From Bispira polyomma (Eukaryota), in assembly GCA_965649765.1 (NCBI GenBank), contig OZ287756.1, forward strand, positions 38,440,001 to 38,504,000: a DNA stretch of 64,000 nt, given 5' to 3'. The notes under the pieces are model-generated. The model had not been told where the DNA came from. It worked only from the letters and a program-made list of their open reading frames with translations, and searched no databases. Below are positions 62,659 through 64,000 of this stretch, piece after piece. Every line of letters starts with the position of its first letter. Within the stretch, counting starts at the first letter, position 1. Both the position numbers and the translations under genes were made by a program.

Positions 62659-64000
62659 AACCAATGAGAATTACCTTAATACTTTTTCTGACTTTTTGTT
62701 TGTGCAAAGGACAATGAAAATGACAATGATGGGTACCTACTCATAATTGTGACATTTTTTTGGTACATGCTACTTTTAGACTTAGACCTAGGATTACCTG
62801 TTAATGTAAAGAAAATTTTGAAACAATATTGCCTGTGACAGACTTAGAATCTTAGACTGTATTTTACCAGATTTATTATACCTTTCGCAAATTTTATTTT
62901 AGTAAATTTATTTTTTTATTTTCTTTATTATAGTGACATGTGTATACATTTTTACATACAAAACAACACATCAATTATTTTACACCCAGCTCCTACAGGC
63001 TTATATGTAATTGTTTAATACATATCACTAAAACTGTGTGTTAAGAGTATACTATTGAAATAAAGCTTCAGTACATTAAGTTAATTATTAATATTAATTT
63101 TATTTTGACCTAATTTTATTTCTATAATCCCACAATTCTAAATGGAAACCAGCAAGAAGACGAGTATGGTTAGTAACAATATACACTAATTTACTTCCGT
63201 TATCTAGGGTAATAAAGGCGCAATACTTACTTTCATAACTCGAATAATATCTATCACGGATACATTTAAATTTTTTGCATATACATAAAAAGTGAAGTTC
63301 ATTTTCAATAGAATTACAAACTCTGTTTTCTAAAATTACATTGGTATAACGACCTGTTTTAAAAGCTAATGAAAGTGTACCACTTCTTAGTTTGGCTATT
63401 AAAGACCTTTGGTATTTCAGTAACTACAAATATTCTTCTAGCACATCTTTTCTTTAAACAATTTAAATGTACGCAATTTTGGTTTTCATATCAGGACGGT
63501 TGTCCAATTTACCTGCATATATTGTACAAATAGTTTTTTACATAAATGTAAATCCACTTTTTTCTCTCATTAAAATAGGACATGAGATTGATTGACTTAA
63601 ACACTTGCTTGATTTTGCTGACCCAGGTGTTTCTCTTGGTAAACGGACAAAACCCAACTGGGCATAACAAGACTCAGACCAAACCCCACTGGACATAACC
63701 CCACTCACATAAATGAGAATTACGACAAAACCCCACTATTCATTTTAAAACAAAATATTTTGTTTTATCTTTTATTTTAAACACCACAATTAACAAATTT
63801 TTCTTTTATCTATGTGAAATAGACATATTTACTGGAAATATTAAATGTTCATTTCCATCTAACACACAGTCCTAAACCAAGGCTTTGGCATTTATCCTGA
63901 ATGGCAGTAAAAAGTACACTTCAAACACTAGCATATTTTAAAGCTCCTATAATCATGAAAGCCTAAGCAGCTAGTAGAATTAATAAAAAGCACACTTCAA

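Noticed and set aside
48435-62746. Numerous 60-130 aa ORFs in the right third of the window
   Set aside because: They lie in repeats, are not preserved between repeat copies and have low-complexity composition.

Overview
AT-rich eukaryotic DNA made almost entirely of nested, mostly decayed mobile elements. The SINE, Helentron-like and DIRS content resembles marine invertebrates such as bivalves, but the species cannot be fixed from the sequence. From left to right: (1) the 3' end of a Gypsy LTR retrotransposon (integrase, an extra C2H2 zinc-finger ORF, PPT, and an unusual ~2.1 kb LTR with an internal tRNA-His primer-binding site) inserted into (2) a degraded but nearly complete Polinton/Maverick (adintovirus-like) endogenous virus at 4.3-16.1 kb: pPolB with a C-terminal NADAR-like extension, packaging ATPase, integrase-chromodomain, penton, major capsid, adenain protease, a 2-BIR IAP and ACTACT termini; (3) DIRS/Ngaro tyrosine-recombinase retroelement remnants; (4) two Tx1/L1-like LINEs, one with a NADAR domain at the end of ORF1; (5) a pogo/Fot1-like DDE transposon with a PHD finger; (6) a candidate 4-exon orphan gene with a Harbinger in one intron; (7) MITEs, Helentron-like elements and a three-copy composite segmental repeat at 49-61.5 kb. 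The most notable signal is two unrelated mobile elements that both carry NADAR domains, neither visible as a whole in the ORF track. All translations across frameshifts were done by eye and no database searches were run.
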